Of a stretch of DNA of 64,000 nt, positions 50,523 through 60,698 are shown piece after piece. The notes beneath the pieces are model-generated. The model worked only from the letters and a program-made list of their open reading frames with translations, did not search any database and had not been told where the DNA came from. Within the stretch, counting starts at the first letter, position 1. Each line of letters starts with the position of its first letter. Origin of the DNA: Escherichia phage 121Q. Where the stretch lies: sequence record NC_025447.1; one strand, written 5' to 3'. A program made the position numbers and the translations under genes.

Positions 50523-51013
50523 TTACTACAGAATATGATTACGATGGTGTTTTAGAATTTGCAGACAATATCTATCGCATTGCAAAGGAGTTCAGAAGTC
50601 CTGACCCATTTGGTGGTATGTTCGAATACGATGAGTTTAGTTCATCCAAAGGAAGACTTGCGTTTACTAATGAAAGAGGTAATCAAATCTATGCCGAGTA
50701 CTTTGATGACAATGACTTTCATTACAAAGCCGGATACATTTCATATTGCCCTGGGTCTGATTTGAAGATTAATATTGACAATTATAGAGAAGCAGTATTT
50801 GTTAAGTATGATGATTTAGTGTTCATGTCAGAGGAAATGTACTTTCAGGGTTCTTGTATTCATGATGTAAAAGTACTTAATGCTATGTTATTTTATGGTG
50901 CACTACTTCATCATTACAAATACAAACAACGATTCTTTTTAGATTTAGTAGTATACTATAAATGCGTGGATTATTTGAATGCAAAATACGACAACAATTC
51001 AGTACATGACTGA
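50519..51013 (+). CDS. family-3 protein
   Basis: Core SEEMYFQGSCIHD. Confidence 0.6.
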   Translation: MITTEYDYDGVLEFADNIYRIAKEFRSPDPFGGMFEYDEFSSSKGRLAFTNERGNQIYAEYFDDNDFHYKAGYISYCPGSDLKINIDNYREAVFVKYDDLVFMSEEMYFQGSCIHDVKVLNAMLFYGALLHHYKYKQRFFLDLVVYYKCVDYLNAKYDNNSVHD

Positions 51014-51341
51014 TGGTACTGAATACTTTGTTTCAAGATATGTAATCAGACACAATCATTATGTAACCTATATTCCAGAATACAATCAATTTTATATCCA
51101 GATTTATCAAGACAATGGAAAGATAAATGATATATATTCAGAAATAAAAATCCCTGATTATAGTACTTTATCAGAAGAGGAATTGTTTCAGCAGAGCACT
51201 ATCAGTACTGAAGATGTGTACAAAATAATGGAATACCAGAAGGTACTTAAATATTTTCATGAAGTACAGGATATACAAATAGATATTCTTACTGCGTGGA
51301 GTTATATCACACACGAGGTAAATTATGTTCGAAATGATTAA
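51006..51341 (+). CDS. family-3 protein
   Basis: Start trimmed from 50979; core SEEELFQQSTIS. Confidence 0.55.
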   Translation: MTDGTEYFVSRYVIRHNHYVTYIPEYNQFYIQIYQDNGKINDIYSEIKIPDYSTLSEEELFQQSTISTEDVYKIMEYQKVLKYFHEVQDIQIDILTAWSYITHEVNYVRND

Positions 51342-51738
51342 AATTATGCAACGATGTGTTGTTGACCAACACGGGATATATGGATATCGTTTAAGTGCTC
51401 CTATTGACAAAAATAAAACAACCTATGTAAGCTATAATGCTGTACAAGGATTTGATATATTCATTAGTACTAATTATCAAATCAATCAAGCTAAAGATGT
51501 GTCTATAATGACCCCTGATGAGTTATTTCAGTACAGCTTAGTCTTTCCTTCATGTATCGATTTACAACGTCTAGGAGCGATACAGAAGGTTTTACGCGAA
51601 CATAAAGTACAACCCAATAAAGTCACACACATTCCAGAAACAATCTTCAAAACCATAGAAGTAGAAACTCCTGATTATATGTTAAGTGATGATGAGTACT
51701 ACGAGAAACACTTCCCTGGTAAAGTTTGGAGAGATTGA
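51325..51738 (+). CDS. family-3 protein
   Basis: Core TPDELFQYSLVF. Confidence 0.6.
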   Translation: MFEMIKIMQRCVVDQHGIYGYRLSAPIDKNKTTYVSYNAVQGFDIFISTNYQINQAKDVSIMTPDELFQYSLVFPSCIDLQRLGAIQKVLREHKVQPNKVTHIPETIFKTIEVETPDYMLSDDEYYEKHFPGKVWRD

Positions 51739-52229
51739 TGAACCGAAAGTACAGAGAAACTATGAAGTTCGCTAGGGAGTGTTTAGAAGTGTTTGAGTTC
51801 ATCAATGCTCATAAAGATTTACTCCATAGATACATTGCAATCAGTGAGACAGATGACCATAGGTACATATGTTCTCGAATTCAAGATAAGATATATAAGA
51901 TTGTGTTCTCGGAAACATACACAGATACATCTAATTCACTATATGATTTTGCACGTACTGATTACGTTTCATACAAATCTTGGTCTGATAGTATTAAAAT
52001 TGTGCACAAGCAAAATACATTTTATTCTTTTCTTACGGACATTTCCGAAGAAAGTTACTTTCAAAACAGTTTAATTTATACAGAAAAAGAACTCAAAATG
52101 TTATATATTATGTCGTACTTTAAAAAGTACTGCAAATTTAATACATTATCTTTTGAGATTTCTGCAATGAAAGTATTCATTAAAAATGTAAAAGAACTAA
52201 AGAGGGCTTTTAATGTACATAGAAAATGA
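51726..52229 (+). CDS. family-3 protein
   Basis: Core SEESYFQNSLIY. Confidence 0.6.
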   Translation: MERLMNRKYRETMKFARECLEVFEFINAHKDLLHRYIAISETDDHRYICSRIQDKIYKIVFSETYTDTSNSLYDFARTDYVSYKSWSDSIKIVHKQNTFYSFLTDISEESYFQNSLIYTEKELKMLYIMSYFKKYCKFNTLSFEISAMKVFIKNVKELKRAFNVHRK

Positions 52230-52755
52230 GAATGTAAAATGCATTACTGAAATTTGTATAAAATTAATGAAAATTTTCATTAACCCAAAATACAAAAAAC
52301 GTTCATTACATCATAATATTGATGAGCATTGTACCATTAATATACTAGGTAGTATTCTTGATGTAAAATATGATGGTAGAATGTTATTTGGCATAAGAGA
52401 AGAGAAAATAGATGATGCATTCTTTTCCTGTAAAGATAAATTTGAACCTTCTGATTATAAAGTAATTATTCGTGATGATAGCATCTACATTAGTAGTGAT
52501 TATTCAAATTACTTCGATAAAATATACAATGAAAACGTTGACTACCATTATGAAATGATAGATTTACCAGTAACAGACATTGATATGGAGAGAATCAAAT
52601 TTTCATTATCAGATAATGAGTACTTAGGTATACAAACATATTATTCACTACAAGGAAAGATTCCACCTGCTATGTATATAAGGATTGAGATTGGTAATGT
52701 ATTCAATGATAAGGTTATATCTATTGCTGATAAAATATTGAGGGTTGAATTATGA
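52213..52755 (+). CDS. hypothetical protein (180 aa)
   Basis: Coupled ORF; core degenerate. Confidence 0.5.
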   Translation: MYIENENVKCITEICIKLMKIFINPKYKKRSLHHNIDEHCTINILGSILDVKYDGRMLFGIREEKIDDAFFSCKDKFEPSDYKVIIRDDSIYISSDYSNYFDKIYNENVDYHYEMIDLPVTDIDMERIKFSLSDNEYLGIQTYYSLQGKIPPAMYIRIEIGNVFNDKVISIADKILRVEL

Positions 52756-53315
52756 ATATCAATGATTACCAATTTCATAGGCTTGAATTTCGTCATTGTG
52801 TTGCATTTGCAAAAACATTGATGTGCATCATTGACACTCTTTCATCCAAACAATTTCGTAAGGATAATGATTTATTTCTGAAAAAAGGTCGTGTAACATC
52901 AACCGATATCGGTATTGAACTATTTGTTGATATCAGTGTTGATACCGGAGACAGTACAAGGGTTGGTTGTATAGGTCATATTGGTACACATTGCTTCACA
53001 TGGAATCCAAATACAAGTCAAGTACGAGTTGATTATAGAAATTCACGTTGGGTTGATCTTAGTACTGAATCAGATTTAGAATCAGCTATGTTCCAGCTAA
53101 GTTTAATTCACAATCCTAATGAACTTCTTTACATTATTACTTTCAGTTATCTGTTACAAAACTACGATAATCCATCAGGATTTTTCATAGAATCAGATAT
53201 AGATGAAATTATGGAAGAGATTCCCAGTTTAAAGAATATTCTCGAAGAAAAAGATTTCTATGAAGACTTCAGAGATTTATACGACATGCACTTGGAGTTA
53301 TTTAAGAATGGATAA
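52752..53315 (+). CDS. family-3 protein
   Basis: Core LESAMFQLSLIHN. Confidence 0.6.
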   Translation: MNINDYQFHRLEFRHCVAFAKTLMCIIDTLSSKQFRKDNDLFLKKGRVTSTDIGIELFVDISVDTGDSTRVGCIGHIGTHCFTWNPNTSQVRVDYRNSRWVDLSTESDLESAMFQLSLIHNPNELLYIITFSYLLQNYDNPSGFFIESDIDEIMEEIPSLKNILEEKDFYEDFRDLYDMHLELFKNG

Positions 53316-53826
53316 AGATGATATTCTAATTAGACTAATTAATAGTTTAATAAAGTTCTCAAATAATGATGTCGATACATACAAAGTGGGGGATATTGAA
53401 TTTAAATCATTTGGTATGTACGGTGAGGATAAAACATATTATGCGTCAATGAAATTTCAAGATTTTCACGAGATGTTAATATCGTTATCATATGAAGATG
53501 TTGATCCAAGATGGAGTTCCAGTATTTCACTATCGAGAATGGTAATTCGTAGTAAGCATCGTTATATTTCGTCAAAGAATACTCCTAACTTGATTAATAT
53601 TGTGTTGAATGAAAATACAAATCCCCTATCTAAACATGATATCGTACCGTTAACCGATGAAGTTCTTTTTCAATTGAGTACCATTTGTGATGAAGATGTG
53701 ATATCATGTATGAAAATTTATGAGAAGGTTGGGAGTGATATTCCCATGAACTATTACCTAACTATAGATGGAACGTACCTTCGAGATGAGGTTCTAGCGT
53801 ACATTGACAGTGTTTTACCAAAATAA
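53308..53826 (+). CDS. family-3 protein
   Basis: Start trimmed to ATG 53308; core TDEVLFQLSTICD. Confidence 0.55.
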   Translation: MDKDDILIRLINSLIKFSNNDVDTYKVGDIEFKSFGMYGEDKTYYASMKFQDFHEMLISLSYEDVDPRWSSSISLSRMVIRSKHRYISSKNTPNLINIVLNENTNPLSKHDIVPLTDEVLFQLSTICDEDVISCMKIYEKVGSDIPMNYYLTIDGTYLRDEVLAYIDSVLPK

Positions 53827-53847
53827 AGACCCGTATGGGTCTTTTTG
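53827..53847 (+). terminator. Rho-independent terminator
   Basis: AGACCC-GTAT-GGGTCT followed by TTTTTG. Confidence 0.65.
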
Positions 53848-53858
53848 TGTTTATGGCT

Positions 53859-53886
53859 TTACAAGAGCATTCAGGTGTGTTATACT
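53859..53886 (+). promoter_or_regulatory. promoter-like element
   Basis: TTACAA, 16-nt spacer, TATACT. Confidence 0.4.
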
Positions 53887-53913
53887 TGATTTTAACTAGA
53901 GTTGGAGGAATCT

Positions 53914-54480
53914 ATGAGTACTGAATTAATTAAAGAAGTCACATTACTTCTGAAGCATTGTTTTAAGTTCATTCCTGATACTGGCTCACGCCAGTACATT
54001 AAAGTTAATGAGAAATATAACATCAATATCCTTGTATCTGAAACTGCGAGCAGTTATGCTAACATTGAGTTGGATTCTGAAGAAAAATATACAGTATTAC
54101 AAATCATAGCAGATGTACAACGTAAACAAGATTATCGTTCTTCATTTTACAACGATTATCTGTGCGTTTGCTCAAACTTCAGTGAGAATAAAATTGTGTA
54201 TAAGAATTTATACACACATGAAGTGATTGATACATATAATTATAAAATTTCATCTGATGAATACAATGTTCTAATGTTCAACGCAAACCTTTTGTATGAT
54301 GCCAGTACTGTACGCTGTTTAGAGTTAGCATATAAAATTCCAAAGATCATGGAAAGAAAAGATTTGATTCACTTTAAAACAATTTTAAAATACAGTACAA
54401 AAGAATTAGAGGATTTAGTACAGGCTCTTAAGAATTTCATTAATGAACATGTACCTGTTAAATTCGAGGATGCACAATGA
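53914..54480 (+). CDS. hypothetical protein (188 aa), family-3-like
   Basis: Start trimmed to ATG 53914 after SD GGAGGAAT. Confidence 0.55.
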   Translation: MSTELIKEVTLLLKHCFKFIPDTGSRQYIKVNEKYNINILVSETASSYANIELDSEEKYTVLQIIADVQRKQDYRSSFYNDYLCVCSNFSENKIVYKNLYTHEVIDTYNYKISSDEYNVLMFNANLLYDASTVRCLELAYKIPKIMERKDLIHFKTILKYSTKELEDLVQALKNFINEHVPVKFEDAQ

Positions 54481-55061
54481 ACCATATCAGAACTAAAATT
54501 TTGAGACTCATGCATGACATTGCAGAACTTTCAGAGATTCATGACATTACGGAAATTGTTGAATTTGATAATTATCGACTGAAAATTGAAAACAAATCCA
54601 AACATCGTTTTGGTTCAGTTCAGTTGGATGTATATAAAACTTATGAATTTTCTAAAAAAATTAAAAGTTCATGGGATACGATTACTATGTACATTCGCAC
54701 ATCCAGAAATCGTGAACGTATTGGTTCTATTTCTTCTAATATGGTATTTGCGAATGCATTACATGAAAAAATGAATAAAATTGTAGAATCTGATTTCAGT
54801 GAAGATGATGGTTTTATTGGGTTGGATGTTCCACCAGAATTAGACCAAAGTGAAGATATTCGAGATGCATTCATTTTCCAGAAATCATTGTTGGACAATT
54901 ACAAAGAATTCGAGTACTTAATGCTTTGTTACGATACTGCAAAAATTCTTGATTGTGGTGAACTAGTTATGTACAATGATTTTATCAATTGCAAGACTGA
55001 TGTTCTGAATACACTACTTCAAAATATAGAATCTGTTAAGGAAAAATATGAACGCTTATAG
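54477..55061 (+). CDS. family-3 protein
   Basis: Core RDAFIFQKSLLDN. Confidence 0.6.
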   Translation: MNHIRTKILRLMHDIAELSEIHDITEIVEFDNYRLKIENKSKHRFGSVQLDVYKTYEFSKKIKSSWDTITMYIRTSRNRERIGSISSNMVFANALHEKMNKIVESDFSEDDGFIGLDVPPELDQSEDIRDAFIFQKSLLDNYKEFEYLMLCYDTAKILDCGELVMYNDFINCKTDVLNTLLQNIESVKEKYERL

Positions 55062-55629
55062 TTATATGACAGAACGCCATCAGTTATTATATGATATCAG
55101 TAAAAAAATGCTATCAATTGTTGGTAGTGCGAAAGAAATTGAAAAACAATATCTCATCCGTGATGTAGCAATTTCATCTAAATGTTGGTCAAATGAATAT
55201 TACGACCACGGTATTCTTACTATTTCTGGGGCTAGAAATATTTGTATTGTAAAAAATAAAAGTAAAAGTAATGAAGAGTGTGAGATTAGAACCGATATAC
55301 AAATTAAGGATGATGGAAGTTTTTCACACCACCCATTCCATATTAGTACTATTGGTGTTTTATATAATATTAAAGTACTATTCGGTGATGAAGAGTATGT
55401 GTTAAAAGCTATCAATCCAGATTCAAGTACAGTTGAAGAAGAACTGTTCCAGATGAGCACTGTTATACCTGAAGAGGTTCTTAGTACTGTTGTTTTTTGT
55501 AGTTTAATTTATCATACATACAAAAAGAACCAATTCGATTTCCACATTTTAGGAACGTACATCTTCAATACTTTGAATGTTGATCGTTTAAAAGCATTAA
55601 ATGCAGCAATGGATAAGGTGCTACAATGA
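55048..55629 (+). CDS. family-3 protein
   Basis: Core VEEELFQMSTVIP. Confidence 0.6.
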   Translation: MNAYSYMTERHQLLYDISKKMLSIVGSAKEIEKQYLIRDVAISSKCWSNEYYDHGILTISGARNICIVKNKSKSNEECEIRTDIQIKDDGSFSHHPFHISTIGVLYNIKVLFGDEEYVLKAINPDSSTVEEELFQMSTVIPEEVLSTVVFCSLIYHTYKKNQFDFHILGTYIFNTLNVDRLKALNAAMDKVLQ

Positions 55630-56054
55630 CAAGAGATGATTGTTTGTACATATGGGATATAATTGAAACTACACTTTCAAATCCAGAAAATTATAAAACA
55701 AAAAAAAGACAACGACACAAAATATGGATAGATTTGTTCGTTGAGGGCATACACGCAGTGACTATTTGGGATTCACCGAGGGCATCAGCATCTACTCTAT
55801 TGGACAATGAATGCATTGATTGCATTAATTCCACTTTTCATCTCTACGGTACTACATTTTTCGGTACATTTCTGGATATTGAAAGTAAAGATGATATTGA
55901 TTCACTTGCGTTACAATACCAAGTACTGTATAATACTAAATTAATTTACGATTTAGTACTAGCTTCTTATGTGTATAAATTAATGATGAAATATAATCAT
56001 ATTTCTGTTTCAGTTTATACTAAGGATATTCTTTCATTAAGAGACAAAACATGA
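55626..56054 (+). CDS. hypothetical protein (142 aa)
   Basis: Coupled ORF; core degenerate. Confidence 0.5.
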   Translation: MTRDDCLYIWDIIETTLSNPENYKTKKRQRHKIWIDLFVEGIHAVTIWDSPRASASTLLDNECIDCINSTFHLYGTTFFGTFLDIESKDDIDSLALQYQVLYNTKLIYDLVLASYVYKLMMKYNHISVSVYTKDILSLRDKT

Positions 56055-56560
56055 GTTTATTAAATGCACGCGAATTAGTTGAGATGTATGAGATTTTGTC
56101 TTCATATAAAAATTCTCATGGAGATGTGATTCTCGACAAAAAGTTCCATGTCAGTGTTGAACATATATCAAATATAGATATGATTTCTTTGGTGGAAAGT
56201 AATAAGTCAGGTCTTGAACGCGATATCATGCGTTTGATTTATATTCCCAAACCATCATATACTAATGATAGTTCAATTAGTAATGAGACATTCATGTATA
56301 GTCCTGGTACGGATTCTACTATAGTATCGCTGTCCAATAAATCAATGGGTACTTTCCAATTCATCTATACCAGTACTGATAACATTGAAGAAATTGAATT
56401 TCAAAACAATACATTAAGTCCATGTAGTAGTGTTATAACCTTTATGTCATATCTATGGTCAACTAAAACAAGTGCTGTTGTATATAGTTCAAATTATACA
56501 CAAGATAGTATTGTTGAATCATATAAAGTTCTAAAGGAATACTATGAAAATAACAAATGA
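56051..56560 (+). CDS. family-3 protein
   Basis: Core IEEIEFQNNTLS. Confidence 0.55.
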   Translation: MSLLNARELVEMYEILSSYKNSHGDVILDKKFHVSVEHISNIDMISLVESNKSGLERDIMRLIYIPKPSYTNDSSISNETFMYSPGTDSTIVSLSNKSMGTFQFIYTSTDNIEEIEFQNNTLSPCSSVITFMSYLWSTKTSAVVYSSNYTQDSIVESYKVLKEYYENNK

Positions 56561-57125
56561 TTTTATTAAAAGTGTAGTACACCCTATGCTTAGTATTATG
56601 AAAAAAATACAGAATCTACCGGAAGATAACGATTACAAGTTTAATCGTTTTGATTCAGATGTGTTTTGTATTGAAATTGAAATTAATAACAATCGCAATT
56701 TACATTTAAAATTCAAAGAATCGTCAAGTCCGTACTACAACTTTGATATGAATTTTAAAATAGATACTGACATTGAAGAAAACGTAATATCAAATCATAC
56801 TAGCAAAAATGGTTTTATGCATAGAACTACTATGTACAATAATAAAAATAGTATTATATCTAAATGGAATCATCAATTCACTAAAATTTGTGAAATTGAA
56901 TATAGTGATTTTGGTGAAGAGAATTACTTTCAGTTAAGTACAATTCATGAACTTCCACCGTATGATTATGTTAAAACATGGTTTGATATTCATAATATAA
57001 TTGATGATGCAATCAAACTTCCTTTTGGTGTGTCAATATCATATACTGCTCCTAAAACATTTGTTTTTACTGAAGATATGATTATGAAAAAGATATGGGC
57101 AATTATCCCACTTATGATGGATTAA
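56544..57125 (+). CDS. family-3 protein
   Basis: Core GEENYFQLSTIHE. Confidence 0.6.
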   Translation: MKITNDFIKSVVHPMLSIMKKIQNLPEDNDYKFNRFDSDVFCIEIEINNNRNLHLKFKESSSPYYNFDMNFKIDTDIEENVISNHTSKNGFMHRTTMYNNKNSIISKWNHQFTKICEIEYSDFGEENYFQLSTIHELPPYDYVKTWFDIHNIIDDAIKLPFGVSISYTAPKTFVFTEDMIMKKIWAIIPLMMD

Positions 57126-57130
57126 ATTCG

Positions 57131-57157
57131 TACCAGGGGTTGACTCTGGTATTTTTG
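57131..57157 (+). terminator. terminator-like hairpin
   Basis: TACCAG..CTGGTA followed by TTTTTG. Confidence 0.45.
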
Positions 57158-57186
57158 TATGATACATTGTCCTAAAGGAGAATTTT

Positions 57187-57738
57187 ATGAACTACAATCA
57201 TGATCTTTTTACATTATGTGCATCCAAATGTGTTGATGGATGGACAGATAAAATCAATACCATAATTCATCGATATCTGGTCTTTAGTTCTCGTGCACGA
57301 AGTGAGGGGGCTATGGATTTCAAATATACACTATCTATTGATGGTGTAACTATCCATGCAGACGAAGAACGTCTGAGCATTAATTTGTATGATTCATGTG
57401 TATTTGCTATTCACCAAAAGATGGGGAAAGGATGGGGTTGTAATAACATTAACTCAAAAGCTATCTTTTGGGTTGGTCACCACCAGACAGTACTTGATCC
57501 TTCAATCAAATCTAATCTTTTATCCGATAATATGGTTTATGATTTATTGTACTCCGAAGAACAACATTTTCAGTTAAGTACATTACATGATCTGGCACAG
57601 TACGAGGATTGTTACAAAACATTAGAACTATGCCATTCCCTTGAACTTAAAGATAAATTGATACAAGTTTACCCTTCATTCTTTCATGAAGAAGTACAAA
57701 GTACACTAGATCATATTTTATATGGATACGATAAATGA
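57187..57738 (+). CDS. family-3 protein
   Basis: SD AAAGGAGAAT; core SEEQHFQLSTLHD. Confidence 0.65.
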   Translation: MNYNHDLFTLCASKCVDGWTDKINTIIHRYLVFSSRARSEGAMDFKYTLSIDGVTIHADEERLSINLYDSCVFAIHQKMGKGWGCNNINSKAIFWVGHHQTVLDPSIKSNLLSDNMVYDLLYSEEQHFQLSTLHDLAQYEDCYKTLELCHSLELKDKLIQVYPSFFHEEVQSTLDHILYGYDK

Positions 57739-58337
57739 GAAAAAGTTATCAAGAAGCTATTGACTTAATTCGTGAAGTTATCAAGGTGGCTCCTGCTGCT
57801 ATTGAGTTCAAGAAGTCCATATACAAGAAGTATGGTTCAATGTCGAGTATGTGCTTTCAAAAGAAACGTAGAGCATTCACTACCCAGTACTGGAATGATT
57901 CTATCATCCTGAGCAATGAGACTCAGCGTATTTTAACACTAGAATCTGAACCTAATGAGTACGGGGAAGGGAACATTTGTGTACCTGATTATGATGAAAT
58001 TAACTTCAACTGCGGTGATTTTGAAACAACATTATTACTTCATGAGGGTTATCCAGAAGGTGATGTATTAGCTGAGTACAATCCAAAAACTAAAATTCTC
58101 AAAAGAGGAATCCAGTTCACTATTAATAACAAAGATGATGTTCAAGCAGCACTGATGCAACTGAGTACAAGTGAACCTATCACTATTAGTGTAGAAGAGT
58201 TATGGGGAATTATTTCAGTACTCAATGAGTGCTACAAAGTAAAATCATTGCGTAAACACAGCATTATATTACATACCAATATGGCAAATATAAAATGTAA
58301 GCACATTCAAGAAATGGTGGTTCCAGATGGACTTTAA
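57735..58337 (+). CDS. family-3 protein
   Basis: Core QAALMQLSTSEP. Confidence 0.55.
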   Translation: MRKSYQEAIDLIREVIKVAPAAIEFKKSIYKKYGSMSSMCFQKKRRAFTTQYWNDSIILSNETQRILTLESEPNEYGEGNICVPDYDEINFNCGDFETTLLLHEGYPEGDVLAEYNPKTKILKRGIQFTINNKDDVQAALMQLSTSEPITISVEELWGIISVLNECYKVKSLRKHSIILHTNMANIKCKHIQEMVVPDGL

Positions 58338-58911
58338 AGAAATTGAAAGTAAATTAAAGTACTTCAAAGATATCAAACTTCTTTGGAAAAAGTATAAAGT
58401 TGATTACAATTTCAGTGATGATGAGACAATAAAATACATTGAGATTAATATCAAAATCAAGTTCAAGAATAATAATTATGGTGAAGTAACCTTAAATCAT
58501 ACTGGTATATCACTCAAGGACTATGATGGTACAACACTCGCATATTTTGACTTCACACCAGAACCAGGTGAAACACTACTTAGTGAGATAAATTCCTATG
58601 ACATGGAAGTGTTCGGCGGGAATCCGTTACTGTTCCGACTTTCTGAAGAGTGGAGTGAAGAGTACTACACTTACAAAGATGGTGTAGTACTTGACATTCA
58701 TGGAGAAGTTGTGAATGACTTGGAAGAACGTTTGTTCCAAGAATTGTGTGTTTCAAATACTTCATATGCATACAATCATATCCTTGACATGTTTGATTTA
58801 TATAGTAAAATAGATGCTGAAATGAAGGCACATGGTATTCATTACCTTACAATTAACGACTATGCTCAACTCGAAACCGCTGTGAAAGCATTGACTAAAG
58901 TACTGAAATAG
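58327..58911 (+). CDS. family-3 protein
   Basis: Core LEERLFQELCVSN. Confidence 0.55.
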   Translation: MDFKEIESKLKYFKDIKLLWKKYKVDYNFSDDETIKYIEINIKIKFKNNNYGEVTLNHTGISLKDYDGTTLAYFDFTPEPGETLLSEINSYDMEVFGGNPLLFRLSEEWSEEYYTYKDGVVLDIHGEVVNDLEERLFQELCVSNTSYAYNHILDMFDLYSKIDAEMKAHGIHYLTINDYAQLETAVKALTKVLK

Positions 58912-58920
58912 GAATGAAAT

Positions 58921-59334
58921 ATGAAACTGTATCATGCGAGTACTGTAAAAATTGATAACTTTTATATCCCGTATGGTGGTCTTCATATGGGAGGTAAACA
59001 CAGTGCTTTGGAAGCTGCATTACGCAAGCTGAGAAGCCCACTGAACGTAGTAGACGCATGTACAGTATACTTGCATACCTTAGAAGTTGATGTTGATAAC
59101 GTGCTTCTGTGTGAAGATTTAGGCAGTGATGATGAGTGGCGTTCACTTATTGAGAATTGCACTGCTCAAGGTTATGATGCTGTTCAGTACAAAAATGATT
59201 ACGAGCCAGACAATGTTCCTAGCTTTATGATTTGGGATGCATCTAAAGTTCGCATCATTGAAGTTGATGCTATGCATATGGATGAAGCTGAAATGATTAT
59301 CGAAGATTTTCTTGATGAATATGAAGGTGTATAA
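58921..59334 (+). CDS. hypothetical protein (137 aa), not family 3
   Basis: SD AATAGGAATGAAAT; ATG 58921. Confidence 0.6.
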   Translation: MKLYHASTVKIDNFYIPYGGLHMGGKHSALEAALRKLRSPLNVVDACTVYLHTLEVDVDNVLLCEDLGSDDEWRSLIENCTAQGYDAVQYKNDYEPDNVPSFMIWDASKVRIIEVDAMHMDEAEMIIEDFLDEYEGV

Positions 59335-59870
59335 TGTCTGACCCGATGGTAGCACTGGCACGTACAAAATTACTATTAAAGATTGGTGAGATTTTTACGG
59401 TTCTTCTGTCCAATAATATTGATATCACTGAGCTAGATATTAAGCAACCGTGGGAAGTGACTATGTTCTCGGCGTTCCACCGATTGTCATATAAAGGTGA
59501 AAGTGTTCTTGATTTTAACCCTAAAGCAAAATTCATAGATTATGCTGCGTTGTACAGAGAGTTGCACCGAAATATTTATTCCGGTTGTATAACCAATAAC
59601 TTCAAAGAAATTAAAGTTCAAACTGCATCACATGAGTTCAATGATTTACTTTATCCAGAATTTAATCTAACGGAAGAATTACTCTTTCAGTACTCGTTAA
59701 TTCTCACAAATCTCGAAACGCTAGAGTACTACAAAGAGTTAGTAGATATTTTTATGAATACACGACTTTCAAAAGATATTGTGATATTCTGGTATACAGA
59801 GCATGTTACGGAGGAATTGCTTACTGAATTTCTTCTAAATATGACAGCTATAAAGGAGAAGTTATGTTAG
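59334..59870 (+). CDS. family-3 protein
   Basis: Core TEELLFQYSLIL. Confidence 0.6.
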   Translation: MSDPMVALARTKLLLKIGEIFTVLLSNNIDITELDIKQPWEVTMFSAFHRLSYKGESVLDFNPKAKFIDYAALYRELHRNIYSGCITNNFKEIKVQTASHEFNDLLYPEFNLTEELLFQYSLILTNLETLEYYKELVDIFMNTRLSKDIVIFWYTEHVTEELLTEFLLNMTAIKEKLC

Positions 59871-60337
59871 ATATTTTAGGAAACATCGATACTGCAAATT
59901 ATTTTATCCAGGACGCACTGTTCAATACAGTTCAACAAGGATTAGAAGTTCGTCATAACGTTTACCAAGGTGATGGTTATTTCGTTGATATTGTTGAGGC
60001 ACGAAAGAATACGTTTAATGTTAACATTACAACACTGGGTAGACAGAACATTGCACGAATTTTAGTAAGTAAAGATGAAATTGTATTGAGATACAGTGCT
60101 AAGTTTATGTTGACTTATAAGAAAAAAACTGATATGTTCAGTACTAATTTATTTGATGAACCATTTGACCTTGAAGATATTGAAGCTACTTTCTTTACTC
60201 AAAGTACTATGGTAAAATACACTGATGTTCAATTTTCTGCTGATGTAATGTCAGAAACATTACAAATGATCAAGGTATTATTTTATGCATTTGAGCAATT
60301 TAGAGAAGAAAGAAACAAGGTTAACAACCACAGATGA
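59864..60337 (+). CDS. family-3 protein
   Basis: Core EATFFTQSTMV. Confidence 0.55.
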   Translation: MLDILGNIDTANYFIQDALFNTVQQGLEVRHNVYQGDGYFVDIVEARKNTFNVNITTLGRQNIARILVSKDEIVLRYSAKFMLTYKKKTDMFSTNLFDEPFDLEDIEATFFTQSTMVKYTDVQFSADVMSETLQMIKVLFYAFEQFREERNKVNNHR

Positions 60338-60698
60338 ACTAATAGAGGCGATCACTAAGGAGTCAAAATACCACAAAGGGATTCGTCTATATTTTATAGA
60401 TATTGGTTCAATGGAAGGCATATACATTTATGGTTCACAATCTTTATCTTATGATGTAATGCCAAAAAAACATGTAAAAATCTTTTTAGGTTCAAATAAA
60501 AAAACTTTCTTGACAATTAATGATAAAAACGTTATTATGAATTCGTTGGGTCATGATAAGGTGGAAATTGATCTAAACACGCTTGAGGATATTGATTTTT
60601 TTCAATACGAGTGTTTAGGTGTTGACTTACATGGCATTAGTAGCGATAAGATAAAATCATTAATCAAATATTTCGAAGGTGTTCATAAATGTATCTAA
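60285..60698 (+). CDS. family-3 protein (start uncertain)
   Basis: Core EDIDFFQYECLGVD; the 53-nt overlap with the upstream gene suggests a later start. Confidence 0.5.
   Translation: MHLSNLEKKETRLTTTDELIEAITKESKYHKGIRLYFIDIGSMEGIYIYGSQSLSYDVMPKKHVKIFLGSNKKTFLTINDKNVIMNSLGHDKVEIDLNTLEDIDFFQYECLGVDLHGISSDKIKSLIKYFEGVHKCI

Noticed and set aside
33187-59536. Numerous 60-120-aa minus-strand and alternative-frame ORFs inside the paralog arrays (e.g. 43275-43640, 44660-44917, 54641-54898, 58580-59146, 59143-59536, and plus-strand 43036-43260, 44056-44301, 50122-50322)
   Set aside because: All are nested in or antisense to array genes that carry family motifs and coupled starts; long accidental ORFs are expected in AT-rich sequence.
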